64,000 bases of DNA from an uncultured Acidobacteriota bacterium (GCA_963829925.1 CAWHKQ010000005.1:24164-88163), one strand, 5' to 3'. Shown: positions 11,301 to 23,845, numbered from the stretch's first letter. Numbers and translations: made by a program. The notes: generated by a model from the letters alone, not told the origin.

Positions 11301-14167
11301 ACAGCGACACGCTGGAGTCCGCCCTGACCTATTGCGTCAACGGCAGCTTCACGAACCTCCAGGCGGCGACCTGCTCGGCAGGAGGGTTCAACGTCTCGAG
11401 AGCCTCTCGCCGAGACGCCTTTGGTCGGACGACGAGCGTCACGGAACCGACCGGCGAGACGACGAGCTACGTCTACGACGTCAACGCGAAGCTCACTCGG
11501 GTCACGCAGGGCTCCCAGACCCGGTCGTTTGCCTTCGACGCCGCCGGGATTCTGCGCTCGCAAACGACGCCGGAGGAGGGGACCGTCAGCTACGACCTGA
11601 TCGGGAGCCTCGGAAACGTGCGCCAGGAAAGACGCCCGGATGGACTCCTCGTCGCGCGAAAGTTCGACTTCGCCGGCCGGGTGGCGCAGGAGGACGCCGG
11701 CGGGCAGAAATACCTGGTCCAGTGCTTCGACGGCGCCGGAGTCTGCGTGGACGGGAGCCCCAACGCCGGAGGCGGCTCGTATCCGGCCGGAAAGATCACA
11801 CGGCGATACGGGTTCAACTACATCCCGACAGCCGCTGCTGTCGTCGATGACTCGTTCGAGTACGGTGACGCCGCGGGCCGGCTGACGAAGCTCACCACGA
11901 CCGCCGGCAACGGAGACCTCGGAACGTCGGTCTCTCAGACCTGGAGCTACGACGGCCTCGGTCTTCCGGCGGTGCACGGCCACCCGCGGGTGACCGGCGC
12001 GTTTCCCGTGTCGTTGACCTATTCGAACGCCCTTCCGACGGGAATCGCGGCGAGCACGGGCGGCCTCGTGACCGGGGCGAGTTATACACCGGCCGCCGGG
12101 CTCGCCTCCTGGACGGCCGGGAACTCCGGAGCGCCCGTCGTCACGGCGATCACGCCGGATCCGACCCTGCTTGCGCGCCCACAGAGCGTCTCCAATCCTC
12201 TCTGGTCGAGCGGGACCTACGCCTACGACGGGGAGGGCAACATCCTCAAGACGGGCGCCGACACGTTCACTTACGACTCGCGCTCGCGCCTTCTTTCGGC
12301 GAAGTTTGCCTCCAACCAGCGCAACTTCACTCACGACCGCTGGGGAAACCTCACGCAGAACGGAGGGACGACCTTCCAGATCGACGCCCTGACGAATCGA
12401 CTCAAGCCCGGCAACCCCGGCGCTCCCGCCTACGACGGCCGGGGGAATCTCACCGCGTGGAACGGAGACGTCATGGCCTACGACGCCCTGGACCGCCAGT
12501 ATCGGAATACCAACGCGGGCTCCGACTGGGTGTACCTCTTCAACGGCGCGGGCGAGCGGATCGTCAAGTTCCCGGCGAAGTTCGGCGTGCTCCGCCGCGA
12601 GATGGCTCGCTACCTCGCCGAAGCCAACGGAATCGCCAGGGGATGGGCGCTGCCCGGCTGCACGCCGACCTTTGCGGACGTCTCGTGCACCGATCCCGAC
12701 GCGCGCCAGATCCAGCTCGTGTACTCCAAAGGCGTGACCGGAGGCTGCAGCACCAATCCCCTCAAATACTGTCCAGATGCTCTTCTGACCCGCGCGCAGA
12801 TGGCTGTCTTCGTCGTCAAGGGTTATAAGCCCGATGGATTCGTTCCGCCCCCCTGCCAGGGCACGTTTCAGGATGTGTCGTGCTCCGGCCCCTACGCGCC
12901 CTTCGCGCCCTGGATCGAACAGCTCCGCCGGGACGGCGTGACCGCGGGTTGCAACGCCTCCCCGCTCCAGTTCTGCCCCGGGAATACCGTCGGCGAGTGG
13001 GAGATGCTCGTCTGGCTCGGCCGGGCCCCGGGGCCGAGTCCCGGAAACGCCTTCTGGTCCGCGTATCGCCCGGTCCCCCGCGGGGCGATCTACACGTGGC
13101 GCGACGAGCAGAACCGCGTCGTCACGGAGGCGGCGGGCGGAACGGCCGGCGCCGCGACCGCGAGCCTCTCTGTCGTGCGTGATAACGTTTTTTTAGGCAA
13201 TCTCCTCGTGGCCTCGTACGTCGCGTCCCCGGCCGGCTGGCAGTTCACGGCTTCCGACCACCTCGGCAGCCCGCGCGTCGTGTGGGACTCGCAGGGGCAG
13301 CTCGTCGAGTCCCACAAGCACTGGCCCTACGGCGAGGACACGAACCCGACCCCGCCTTCCCAGCGTCTCTCGTTCTGCCTGATGGAGCGCGACAACGAAT
13401 CCACCCGCTACTACGACCACGCCCGCACGCACGACCTCGGCCTCGGCCGGTTCCTGTCTCCGGACCGGATCGGCGGCAAACCCGCGGATCCCCAGTCCTG
13501 GAATCGATACGCCTACGCACTCAACAACCCGATGAAGCACATCGATCCGGATGGCCTGCTCACGATCGTGGTGCACGGAACGTATGCTTCGGACAGCCCC
13601 AGCTTCAAAGCCGGAGGCATGGTCTACGAGCAGAGCAAAGCTCTATTCCGCGATCCGAACACCGTGTCTTTCAAATGGTCAGGCGGAAATACGGGCTGGC
13701 AAAGACAACAGGCGGCCGCGGAACTCGGTAAGCTGATCGCAAGTTACAAGTTCGCTCCGGGCGAAAAGCTGAACATCGTCGCACATAGTCACGGCGGCAA
13801 TGTTGTCGTCCCGGCAGCGAACGCGTTGCAGGGACGGTCCGTAGACAATCTCATCACCTTCGGCACTCCGGTTCGCCTGGGGAGCGGACTCGAGCGGACC
13901 ACAAATGTCAACACGTTCATTGCGGTGTCCAATACAGCGGACCTCGTGCAGGTTGCGGGTGGCCTGATGGGTCTTGTTCCGTTCATCGGAGAGTACGGCA
14001 TCGCGGGGCGTGAACAGCCAGGCGCAATCAACGTGCGCATCACGGATGGATCGTCACCGTTCGGCGCTCATTCCGGTGTCTACAAATCCGAGGCAACCTG
14101 GAGGCTTCTCAGCGGTCTCATCGATACGGTCGTGAAACCCATTGAGATCGTGGAGGTTCCGAACTGA
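8396..14167 (+). CDS. Secreted Rhs/YD-repeat polymorphic toxin with internal SLH-like repeats and C-terminal alpha/beta-hydrolase domain
   Basis: Intact 1923-aa ORF after RBS GAGGAGG; N-terminal signal peptide (AVHA/Q); YD repeats (YDGLGRV, YDVNAKL, YDSRSRL); core GRFLSPD...NRYAYALNNPMKHIDPDG; FADV..TRAQMA SLH-like repeats; tip with VHG and AHSHGG. Confidence 0.92.
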   Translation: MTKKFAAVLLLHLLSTFAAVHAQNGPDNDPDAAPGYTNSVFDHGPADSINLYNGQLTIPIAVGPSYPIGPKLRFQLSLVYSSRVDDYGAPKPGAQPGILDGYIYRPLVGNSSLGIGWELTLGAIKPCRHGMTEAVCYFGPDGSQHMFHRVRGNGKVTGDGSQLFLKGSGPYEMWDGDGNRHVFDKQASGFDDTAAQGYTHDFGRGRDGWYLGSLTDPHGNGYSVSYWTGGHPRWTYGVPTCSPAVAGNMQMAPPAGVGGWVPKEITLPSGDKVRVNRGHSGSVDGMILSFDFPVFAAGAAGMRTWSLAYDTPYASYLRPCGPGTSLPVNLQRIKELRLPSDLAGSPKYQFAQESLLTRLTLPTGGTIEYCYSEYTFHHGRAGSVTPNCPGLPVPSTQTTAVTPNALYCDGSGLAPEPRPNAHAQCTEDNEARWIDVQMGVLRRTETEPVRGRVATTTYTQYAFPFGEAGSAGSPGEPQTLTVVVSPPTDQNAAGSAGRRRAKATLFLASPRVVQPPGGPRPSVPGDRVGADVEERVFETDPNLLNPGSPACPGTAADAPFCASKSVRTVKRTFDYDDPGNLEGNRRVQSERTIFGPGACGSCAHHQVTFTNSTAGWEDNGRHYENEVRSGTLGNDARTTFTDWAPAHWMTGPPPGGRVLPNLFVQRRTTDGTSVRDELLEPDAGSGFLKGSVVYDDARNLAFVRCRYSDDNGNVDKEFSKTVVAATRPSLTYCSDNHGTFPASVGLDGDTFGKDYTWQNGELLGARWINGSTVAPTFPTRSYVRNLTTGWVLSSSDTSGRTTGYSYDGLGRVTQISPPAVGELKTFVCYEGPNATTAYRASSALACPVAASHPGAKTWEHFDYDGLGRKIREKRLLPGAQVSKRFTLRDGAGNDFFASEWVADATPETIAADLPTACVFSTGSFATARPSAAPGTYRLCFDPFGRPQQMVGSRHSSLATVDRKDGSAWYSDTLESALTYCVNGSFTNLQAATCSAGGFNVSRASRRDAFGRTTSVTEPTGETTSYVYDVNAKLTRVTQGSQTRSFAFDAAGILRSQTTPEEGTVSYDLIGSLGNVRQERRPDGLLVARKFDFAGRVAQEDAGGQKYLVQCFDGAGVCVDGSPNAGGGSYPAGKITRRYGFNYIPTAAAVVDDSFEYGDAAGRLTKLTTTAGNGDLGTSVSQTWSYDGLGLPAVHGHPRVTGAFPVSLTYSNALPTGIAASTGGLVTGASYTPAAGLASWTAGNSGAPVVTAITPDPTLLARPQSVSNPLWSSGTYAYDGEGNILKTGADTFTYDSRSRLLSAKFASNQRNFTHDRWGNLTQNGGTTFQIDALTNRLKPGNPGAPAYDGRGNLTAWNGDVMAYDALDRQYRNTNAGSDWVYLFNGAGERIVKFPAKFGVLRREMARYLAEANGIARGWALPGCTPTFADVSCTDPDARQIQLVYSKGVTGGCSTNPLKYCPDALLTRAQMAVFVVKGYKPDGFVPPPCQGTFQDVSCSGPYAPFAPWIEQLRRDGVTAGCNASPLQFCPGNTVGEWEMLVWLGRAPGPSPGNAFWSAYRPVPRGAIYTWRDEQNRVVTEAAGGTAGAATASLSVVRDNVFLGNLLVASYVASPAGWQFTASDHLGSPRVVWDSQGQLVESHKHWPYGEDTNPTPPSQRLSFCLMERDNESTRYYDHARTHDLGLGRFLSPDRIGGKPADPQSWNRYAYALNNPMKHIDPDGLLTIVVHGTYASDSPSFKAGGMVYEQSKALFRDPNTVSFKWSGGNTGWQRQQAAAELGKLIASYKFAPGEKLNIVAHSHGGNVVVPAANALQGRSVDNLITFGTPVRLGSGLERTTNVNTFIAVSNTADLVQVAGGLMGLVPFIGEYGIAGREQPGAINVRITDGSSPFGAHSGVYKSEATWRLLSGLIDTVVKPIEIVEVPN

Positions 14168-14500
14168 TGGCCGAACCTCCGGCTGTTGCCCGAGCCGACC
14201 GGCTCCTGATCTTCCAAATGACGCTTCTCGCGCAGATCGTCCTCTATCGCGAGATTCTGAGGCTGTTCCTCAAGGCGACGGGGACATGGAGCGATGTTGG
14301 CAGTAATTTCATGGCGTTCTGGCTCCTGGCGGTCGTTCCGGGGGCGGCGCTCCTCGCCGCCCTTGGTGCCTGGAGTCACCGATGGGTCCGAGCTCAGCAC
14401 CCCGACCGAGCCCGAGAGTGGTTTTTCGGGGCGTCTTGCCGTCAACGCAGCCCTCCTCGCCCTCTCGCTGATCGTCTATTCGCGAAATTTTCATGAATGA
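14167..14500 (+). CDS. Putative immunity protein, about 3 TM helices (probable 1-nt frameshift near 14430)
   Basis: Start overlaps Rhs stop (TGATG); hydrophobic helices; alternative frame ends LAVNAALLALSLIVYSRNFHE at 14500. Confidence 0.6.
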
Positions 14501-14592
14501 GCTGGGCTCGACGGCTCGTCACCGCATGTGACGCGAGCCCGCGAGCGATGACCAAGCGCCCGGCGCCCTCAGCCGTCCTTGCGCGAACTGAT

Positions 14593-14615
14593 TAGACTAG
14601 ACTAGACTTAGTCTA
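14593..14615 (+). promoter_or_regulatory. Probable TA operator/promoter: (TAGAC)x3 plus palindrome TAGAC-TTA-GTCTA abutting the ATG
   Basis: Seen directly at the antitoxin start. Confidence 0.55.
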
Positions 14616-14851
14616 TGCGAATCGTAAAGGTCCACGAAGCCAAGACGCATCTCTCCCGGTTGCTCGAGCGAGTCGAGAAGGGCGAAGAAATCCTGATCGC
14701 GCGCGGCAGGGTTCCCGTAGCCCGACTCGTGCCGGTCACCGCTCAGCCGCGCCGGCCCGGGCGGCTGAAGGGGAGGATCCGGGTCGGGCGGGCGTTCGAC
14801 AAACCTCTTCCCACGGATTTGCTCGCGGCGTTCCGAGGCGAACGGGGTTGA
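14615..14851 (+). CDS. Phd/YefM family antitoxin
   Basis: VKVHEAKTHLSRLLERVEKGEEILIAR..PVARLVP. Confidence 0.92.
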   Translation: MRIVKVHEAKTHLSRLLERVEKGEEILIARGRVPVARLVPVTAQPRRPGRLKGRIRVGRAFDKPLPTDLLAAFRGERG

Positions 14852-15228
14852 GGCTCCTCCTCGACACGCACGCCTTTCTCTGGTGGCTGCAGGACAGCCC
14901 TCGCCTGGGACGTGAGGCACGCCGCGCGATGTCAGACATGCAATCGATCATCCACGTCAGCGCCGCGAGCGTCTGGGAACTCGCCATCAAGACGGCCCTG
15001 GGGAGGCTCCACGTCGACGGGGCCGACATTCCGGACGAGATCGCGGCCAATGGGTTCGTCGAGCTCCCGGTCGGCTCGCGGCATGCGTGGCACGCGGGGG
15101 GACTGCCCCGGCACCATGACGACCCGTTCGACCGAATATTGATCGCCCAGGCTCAGCTCGAGGAATTGACGCTCGTCACCCACGATCCCGCCTTCGGGAA
15201 GTACAAAGTCCCGCTCCTGTCGGCCTGA
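14848..15228 (+). CDS. vapC: PIN-domain VapC toxin
   Basis: LLLDTHAFLW, SAASVWELAIK, HHDDPFDRILIAQA, LVTHD; 4-nt overlap with antitoxin. Confidence 0.92.
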   Translation: MRLLLDTHAFLWWLQDSPRLGREARRAMSDMQSIIHVSAASVWELAIKTALGRLHVDGADIPDEIAANGFVELPVGSRHAWHAGGLPRHHDDPFDRILIAQAQLEELTLVTHDPAFGKYKVPLLSA

Positions 15229-15237
15229 AGCAAGGCC

Positions 15238-16340
15238 CTACCCCGCCACCCGCTGCACGAACCAGAACAAGCCCGATCGCGGCGATCGCGATGGACCCGG
15301 GGATGACGACGCGCCGGCGGTACCACGGCTTGTGGCGAAACGGCAGGCCGATGAGCAGGAACGCCAGGCGCGATGACGGTGAGCTGGCCGAGCTCGACGC
15401 CGGCGTTGAAGCAGAGGAGCGCCGTCAGGAACTCCGAGCGCGGCAGGCCGAGCTGGGAGAGGACGCCGGCGAAGCCCATGCCATGGAGGAGGCCGAAGGC
15501 GAAGACGAGGGCGACGCGCCAGGGGCGAGAGCTCCGGCGTGAGGATGTTCTCGACGGCGACGTAGACGATCGACAGGGCGATCAGCGGCTCGACGATCCG
15601 CGGCGAGAGCGAGACGAGGCCGTAGATCGTCAGGGCGAGCGTGATCGTGTGGGCGACGGTGAAAGCGGTCACCTGGAAGAGGATGGGCTTGAGGCGGGTC
15701 GAGAGGAGAAAGATCCCGAGGACGAACAGGATGTGGTCGGTGCCCTTGGGCAGGATGTGCGTGAAGCCGAGCTCGAGATACGCCGCGGCGACCTGGCCGC
15801 GCGTCATCGGCACGATCTCGGACTTCAGCGCGAAGGGCTCGCTCGGCGCCGGCCCCTCGATCCACTGGCGCGCGGTCTCCTCGTCGCCCTCGGTGCTGGA
15901 TCGCCAGCATGTAGGAGCCGAGCTTCACGTCGTTCTGCCAGGTGAAGGTCTTCGCGCCCGCCGGGGATCGCGCCGGAGAACCGGAGCTTCAGCTCGGGGG
16001 CCTCGGCCGCGGAGGCGCCGCCCTCCGGGCGCGACGATCGAGACACTGCGGCGCGACCTCTCGGCCGTCGAACGCGACGTGGACGCCGTTGATCGAGGCG
16101 GCGATCAGGCCTCGACGCGCGGCCTCGAGCTCCGGGGTCAGGTCCTCGATCTTCCCGAACCGCGGATCGATCGTCCGGCGTGCGCCGAACCCGGGAGGCA
16201 GGTGCTGCCGGTCGACGATCGCCTCGACTACGTAGGTGCCGTCCTTGCGAAACTGGGCCGAAGACGCGGATCGTGCCGAGCTCGTGGGCGGAGGCCGCCG
16301 CGGGCAGCGCGAGGAGGAGGAGCGCGAGAAGGCGGCGCAA
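15238..16340 (-). CDS. HupE/UreJ family protein (frameshifted)
   Basis: Signal peptide ASAHE; LGFTHILPKGTDHILF, TAFTVAHTITL, FNAGVELGQL. Confidence 0.85.
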
Positions 16341-16356
16341 GGCCGGCGCCGGGCGG

Positions 16357-18014
16357 CTAGCGGGGATAGACGACCCGGCCGCCCACGACCGTCGTGTCGA
16401 CCTGGATCTTCTCGATCGCCTCGGGGCGCACGGCCAGCACGTCTCCGGAGAGGACTACGAAATCCGCGAGCTTTCCGATCTCGAGCGAGCCCTTTTCCTT
16501 CTCCTCGAAGGCCGGCGTAGGCGGCGGAGGACGTGTACGCGCGCAGGGCCTCCTCGGGCCGGATCTTCTGCTCGGGCACCCAGCCGCCCGGCTGCTTGCC
16601 GTCGATCGTCGCGCGCGTGACGGCCGCGGCGATTCCCAGGATCGGCGAGAGCGGCGCGACGTCCCAGTCGGAGCCGAAGGCGAGCGGTCGCTTTTTCGTC
16701 GAGCAGCCACCGGAACGCATAGGTGCCGAGGCTGCGCTCGCCTCCGCCCAGCCGCCGGTCGGCCCACCGCCCGTCGTCCACGGCGTGGTACGGCTGCATC
16801 GAGGCGATGACGCCCTGCTCGGCGAAGCGCGGGATCTCGGCGCGGCGCATGTGCTGGGCGTGCTCGATCCGGAAGCGCCGGTCCTTCGCACCGTTCTTCT
16901 TCGCGACGCGCGCGAAGATGTCGAAGAGCTCGGCGATCGCCTTGTCGCCGATCGCGTGGACCTCGACCTGGAGGCCGGCGGCGTCGGCTCCGGCGATCCG
17001 CTCCTCGATCTTCGACGAGCGGAATGGCCTCGGCCGCGTAGAGGCCCGTGTTGCCCGGATCGTCGGAGAACGCCTCGAACATCACGGCGGTGCCGGCGCC
17101 GAGCGCGCCGTCCATGTAGCCCTTCACGCCGCCGACCTTGAGCCACTCGTCCTGCTTCATCGACGTCTGCGCGGCCTTCGCGCCCTGCCAGTCGGAGAGC
17201 GAGGGCCGGTAGTTGACCCGCACGGTCAGCGCGCCCGCGTTGCGGAGCTCGTCCCAGGCCGCCAGATCCAGGGCAAGTGCCCGGCAGGTCCTGGACGGAC
17301 GTGACGCCGTTTTTCGCGGCATGCTGGACGGCGGCGCGCAGACCCTCCACGACCTCGGCCTTCGTGCGGGGCGGCCGGACCTTCCCGACGAGGTCCATGG
17401 CCGCGTCCTTGAGAACGCCGGTCGGCTCGCCCGCGGCGTCCTTCACGATCACGCCGCCCGGCGGGGCCGGCGTGTCCTTCGTGATGCCGGCGAGCTTCAA
17501 CGCGAGGCTGTTGCAGACCATCATGTGGCCGTCCTGGCGCCCCAGGCAGGTCGGCCGGTCCCCCGTCGCCGGATCCAGAAGCGCCTTCGTCGGAAGGCGG
17601 GCCGGCGTCCACTGCTCGTGGTCCCAGGCCCCGTCGGTCAGCCACTGCCCCGGCGGACCGCGTCTTCGCGAAGGCCGCGACCTGGCGCGTGAAGTCGGCC
17701 TCGTCCTTCGTCTTCCGCAGGTCCAGGGCCAGAAGGTTCAACCCGCCCATCGACATGTGGGTGTGGGAGTCGATGAATCCCGGCACGACCCGCCGCCACT
17801 TGCCGTCCAGGACGACGGTCTTCGGGCCCTTCCAGGCGGCGATCTCCTTGTCCGACCCGACGGCCACGATGCGGCCGCCGCGCACGGCCAGGGCTTCGGC
17901 CTCGGGCTTCGCCGGGTCGCCCGTCCAGATCTTCGCGGACAGCAGGACCAGGTCCGCCGCAGGCTCGGGGGCGCCCGCGGCGCCGAGGGTCATCGCGATG
18001 CGCCAGAAGCATCG

Positions 18015-18018
<4 letters not shown>
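16357..18018 (-). CDS. Amidohydrolase (YtcJ-like, frameshifted)
   Basis: [57 protein letters not shown]. Confidence 0.88.
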
Positions 18019-20731
<2,713 letters not shown>

Positions 20732-20735
<4 letters not shown>

Positions 20736-22812
20736 TTTTCCACCACGATTTCGGAGAAGTCCGCCAGGCGGCCGAATTCTTGCTGAATCGAGGCCAGTAA
20801 CGCCAGCCGATTCCTGCGCAGGTCTTCCTCGGGGGCGTTGACGAGGACGTCGACGAAGAAGCGGTCGAGCGACGGGGCGATCGAGGCGATGGTCTCCATG
20901 GCCTCGCGGTAGTGCTTCTGGGCGGCGAAAGCGGCGATCGCGCTCCTGGCCTGGAGGAAGTCGGAAGCGAGCGCCTGCTCGGCCTCCTCGCGGTAGAGCT
21001 CGGGCCGGGGCGCCCCGGGCGAGGCGTCGCCGACGATGTTGCGGATCCGCTTGAAGGCCAGGATCAGCGACCGGAAGTCCATGTGACGGCGGGCCTCGGA
21101 CAGGGCGCTGGCGCGGTCGGCGGCGTCGGCGAAGTCCCAGACTCCCACTTTGACGACCGCGGAGATCTCGTCGTAGCTGGCGCCCCGGCGCTCCAGGAGA
21201 TTGCGCAGGCGCTCGGCGAAGAAGCGCTCCATCTCCGCGATCACCTCCTCGGGGCCGGGCCCCTTGAGCTGGCGGGATAGAGCGACAGCGCCTTGCGCAC
21301 GGCCTGCCGCCAGTCCGCCCGCCAGTTGCGGCGCGATGCAGATCGACACGAAGCCGAGGGCGGCGCGGCGCAGCCCGTACGGGTCCTTCGAGCCGCGTGG
21401 GCGCCAGGCCGATGCGGAAGAGCCCGGCGAGCGAGTCCAGGCGGTCGGCCATCGAGAGGATCGCTCCCGCCGCCTCGCGGGGCGGGTCGTCCGAGACCGA
21501 CGCCGGGTTTGTACTGGTCGTACACGGCTTTCCACACGGCGTCGGGGTAACGCTCGCGCCGCGCGTAGATGCCGCCCATGACGCCCTGGAGGTCCGTGAA
21601 CTCCTTGACGACCAGGGTCGTCAGGTCGGCCTTGGAAAGCAAGGCCGCGGTCCGCACCGAGTCGACCAGGTCCGCGCGCCCGACCAGGCGGGCGATCTCC
21701 TCGGCGAGGTCCTGGATGCGGGCGGTCTTCTGACGGTAGTCGCCGAGCTTGTCCTGAAACGTCAGGCGTGAGAGCTGCTCCACCCGCGCCTCGAGCGGCT
21801 TGCGGACGTCCTCCTCGAAGAAGAAGCGCGCGTCCGCGAGCCGGGCGTTCAGGACCCATTCGCTGCCCTTGGCGATGAACCCCTTGCGATCCTCGGTGTT
21901 GTCCATGACCGCGATGAAGTGCGGGAGGAGCCCGGAGGGTCCCCGCACCGGCAGGTACTTCTGATGCGTGCGCATGGCGGTGACCGCGATCTCCTCGGGG
22001 AGCTCGAGAAACTCCGGAGCGAAGGAACCCCGCACGAGGCCGGGCCACTCGACCAGGTCCGCGAGCGTGCCGGCGAGATCGGCGTGGGCCTCGATCTGGC
22101 CCCCGACTCCGGACGCCAGCTTGCGGGCCGCCTCGAGGATTCGGGTGCGGCGGGCCTCGCCGTCCGGCTCCACGAAATTCCGGCGCAACCGCGCTACGTA
22201 GTCGTCGGCTCCGGTCAGGGCGAGCTCTCCCTCGGACAGGACGCGATGGCCGACCGTGCGATCGCCGGCCGCGACGCCGAAGAGCTCCAGGGGGACGACG
22301 CGGTTCCCGAGAAGGGCCACGACGCCGCGGACCGGACGCACGAATGGCCGCGACCCGGCGCCCCAGCGCATCGTCTTCGGAAACGTCAGGCCCGCGACGA
22401 CGCGGGGCACCACCTCGCCGAGGACCTCGTCCGCCGGCCGGCCGGGGATCGTCCTGCGCGCCGCGACGGCCTTGCCCCGCGGAGCGTCGACGACGACGAG
22501 GTCGGCCACATCGACCTTCTGGGCCTTCGCGAACCCCTCGGCGACTTTCGTCGGCTTCCCGTCGGCGTCGAACGCGTTGGCGGCGGGAGGGCCGAGGACC
22601 TCCGCGTACCGATCGGCCTGCCGCTCCGGCAGGCCCCGCAGGATCACCGCCAGGCGTCGGGGCGTGGCGTAGGACTCGACCGAGGCCGGGGCCAGCCCTT
22701 CCTGCCCGAGGGCCTCGCCGAGACCGCGGGCGAGCTCGAGCCGCGCCGGCAGCAGGGCCGGTGCCGGGATCTCCTCCGTCCGGATCTCGAAGAGGAAGTC
22801 TTGTGTGTTCAC
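20732..22812 (-). CDS. glyS: Glycine-tRNA ligase beta subunit (frameshifted)
   Basis: FLFEIRTEEIP, YATPRRL, LVEWP, NARLADARFF, EFTDLQGVMG, FFVDVLVN...RRNRLALL. Confidence 0.93.
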
Positions 22813-22865
22813 TCGGAAACGTCGGGCCTTCCGCCCCTACGGAAGGCCGGAAGACGAAGCGCTTC

Positions 22866-23756
22866 TCAAACCGTGGCCGGCTGCGGTTCCGAGAGCGGGG
22901 ACCGCTGCTGCCCCGTCGTTGCCGAAACGTAGGCCCGCGCGCACGCGCAGGCAAGATCGCGAATCCGCCGCACGATGCCGACGCGGTCGGTCGCGGACAC
23001 GGCCCCGCGCGCGTCGAGGATGTTGAACTGATGGGAGCAGACGAGCGTCGCTTCGTAGGCCGGGATCACGAGGCCCGCCTCGAGGCAGCGCCGCGCCTCC
23101 GCCTCGTGCTGGTCGAGCATGAGAGCCGCGAGCTCGGGGTCGGCCACCTCGAAGAAATACTTCGACATCTCGACCTCGTCGCGCCGGCGCACCTGGCCGT
23201 ACGAGAGCGTGTCGTTCCACATCACGTCGTAGACCGAGTCGAGCTTGGAGAGAAACATCGCGATGCGCTCGAGGCCGTAGGTGATCTCGGCGGTCACGGG
23301 CGAAAGGTCGATGCCGCCGGCCTGCTGGAAATACGTGAACTGGGTGATCTCCATGCCGTCCATGACGACCTGCCAGCCGACGCCCCAGGCGCCGAGCGTC
23401 GGGGATTCCCAGTTGTCCTCCTCGAATCGGACGTCGTGCTCCGCGAGCACGATCCCGAGCCGCTCGAGGCTGCGCAGGTACATGGCCTGGACGTCCTCGG
23501 GAGAGGGCTTGAGGACGACCTGGAACTGGAGGTGCTTGCCGAGGCGGAACGGGTTCTCGCCGTAGCGGCCGTCGGCCGGCCGGCGGGAAGGCTGCACGTA
23601 GGCGCAGCGCCAGGGATCCGGGCCGAGGACCCGCAGAAACGTCGCCGGGTGCATCGTTCCGGCGCCCATCGGGAGGTCGTAGGGCTGCTCGATCAGGCAG
23701 CCTTCGCCCTCCCAGAACGCGGTCAGCTCGCCGATCAAACGCTGCAGGGTGAACAC
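22866..23756 (-). CDS. glyQ: Glycine-tRNA ligase alpha subunit
   Basis: [50 protein letters not shown]. Confidence 0.96.
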   Translation of the reverse strand: MFTLQRLIGELTAFWEGEGCLIEQPYDLPMGAGTMHPATFLRVLGPDPWRCAYVQPSRRPADGRYGENPFRLGKHLQFQVVLKPSPEDVQAMYLRSLERLGIVLAEHDVRFEEDNWESPTLGAWGVGWQVVMDGMEITQFTYFQQAGGIDLSPVTAEITYGLERIAMFLSKLDSVYDVMWNDTLSYGQVRRRDEVEMSKYFFEVADPELAALMLDQHEAEARRCLEAGLVIPAYEATLVCSHQFNILDARGAVSATDRVGIVRRIRDLACACARAYVSATTGQQRSPLSEPQPATV

Positions 23757-23845
23757 GGAGAGGAGTTTATCGCAGGGCGGCCGCCTTCCCGAGCGGTCTC
23801 ACGCCGTCATCCCCCGCGCTCCCACGCCGTCATTCCAGAGGCCCC

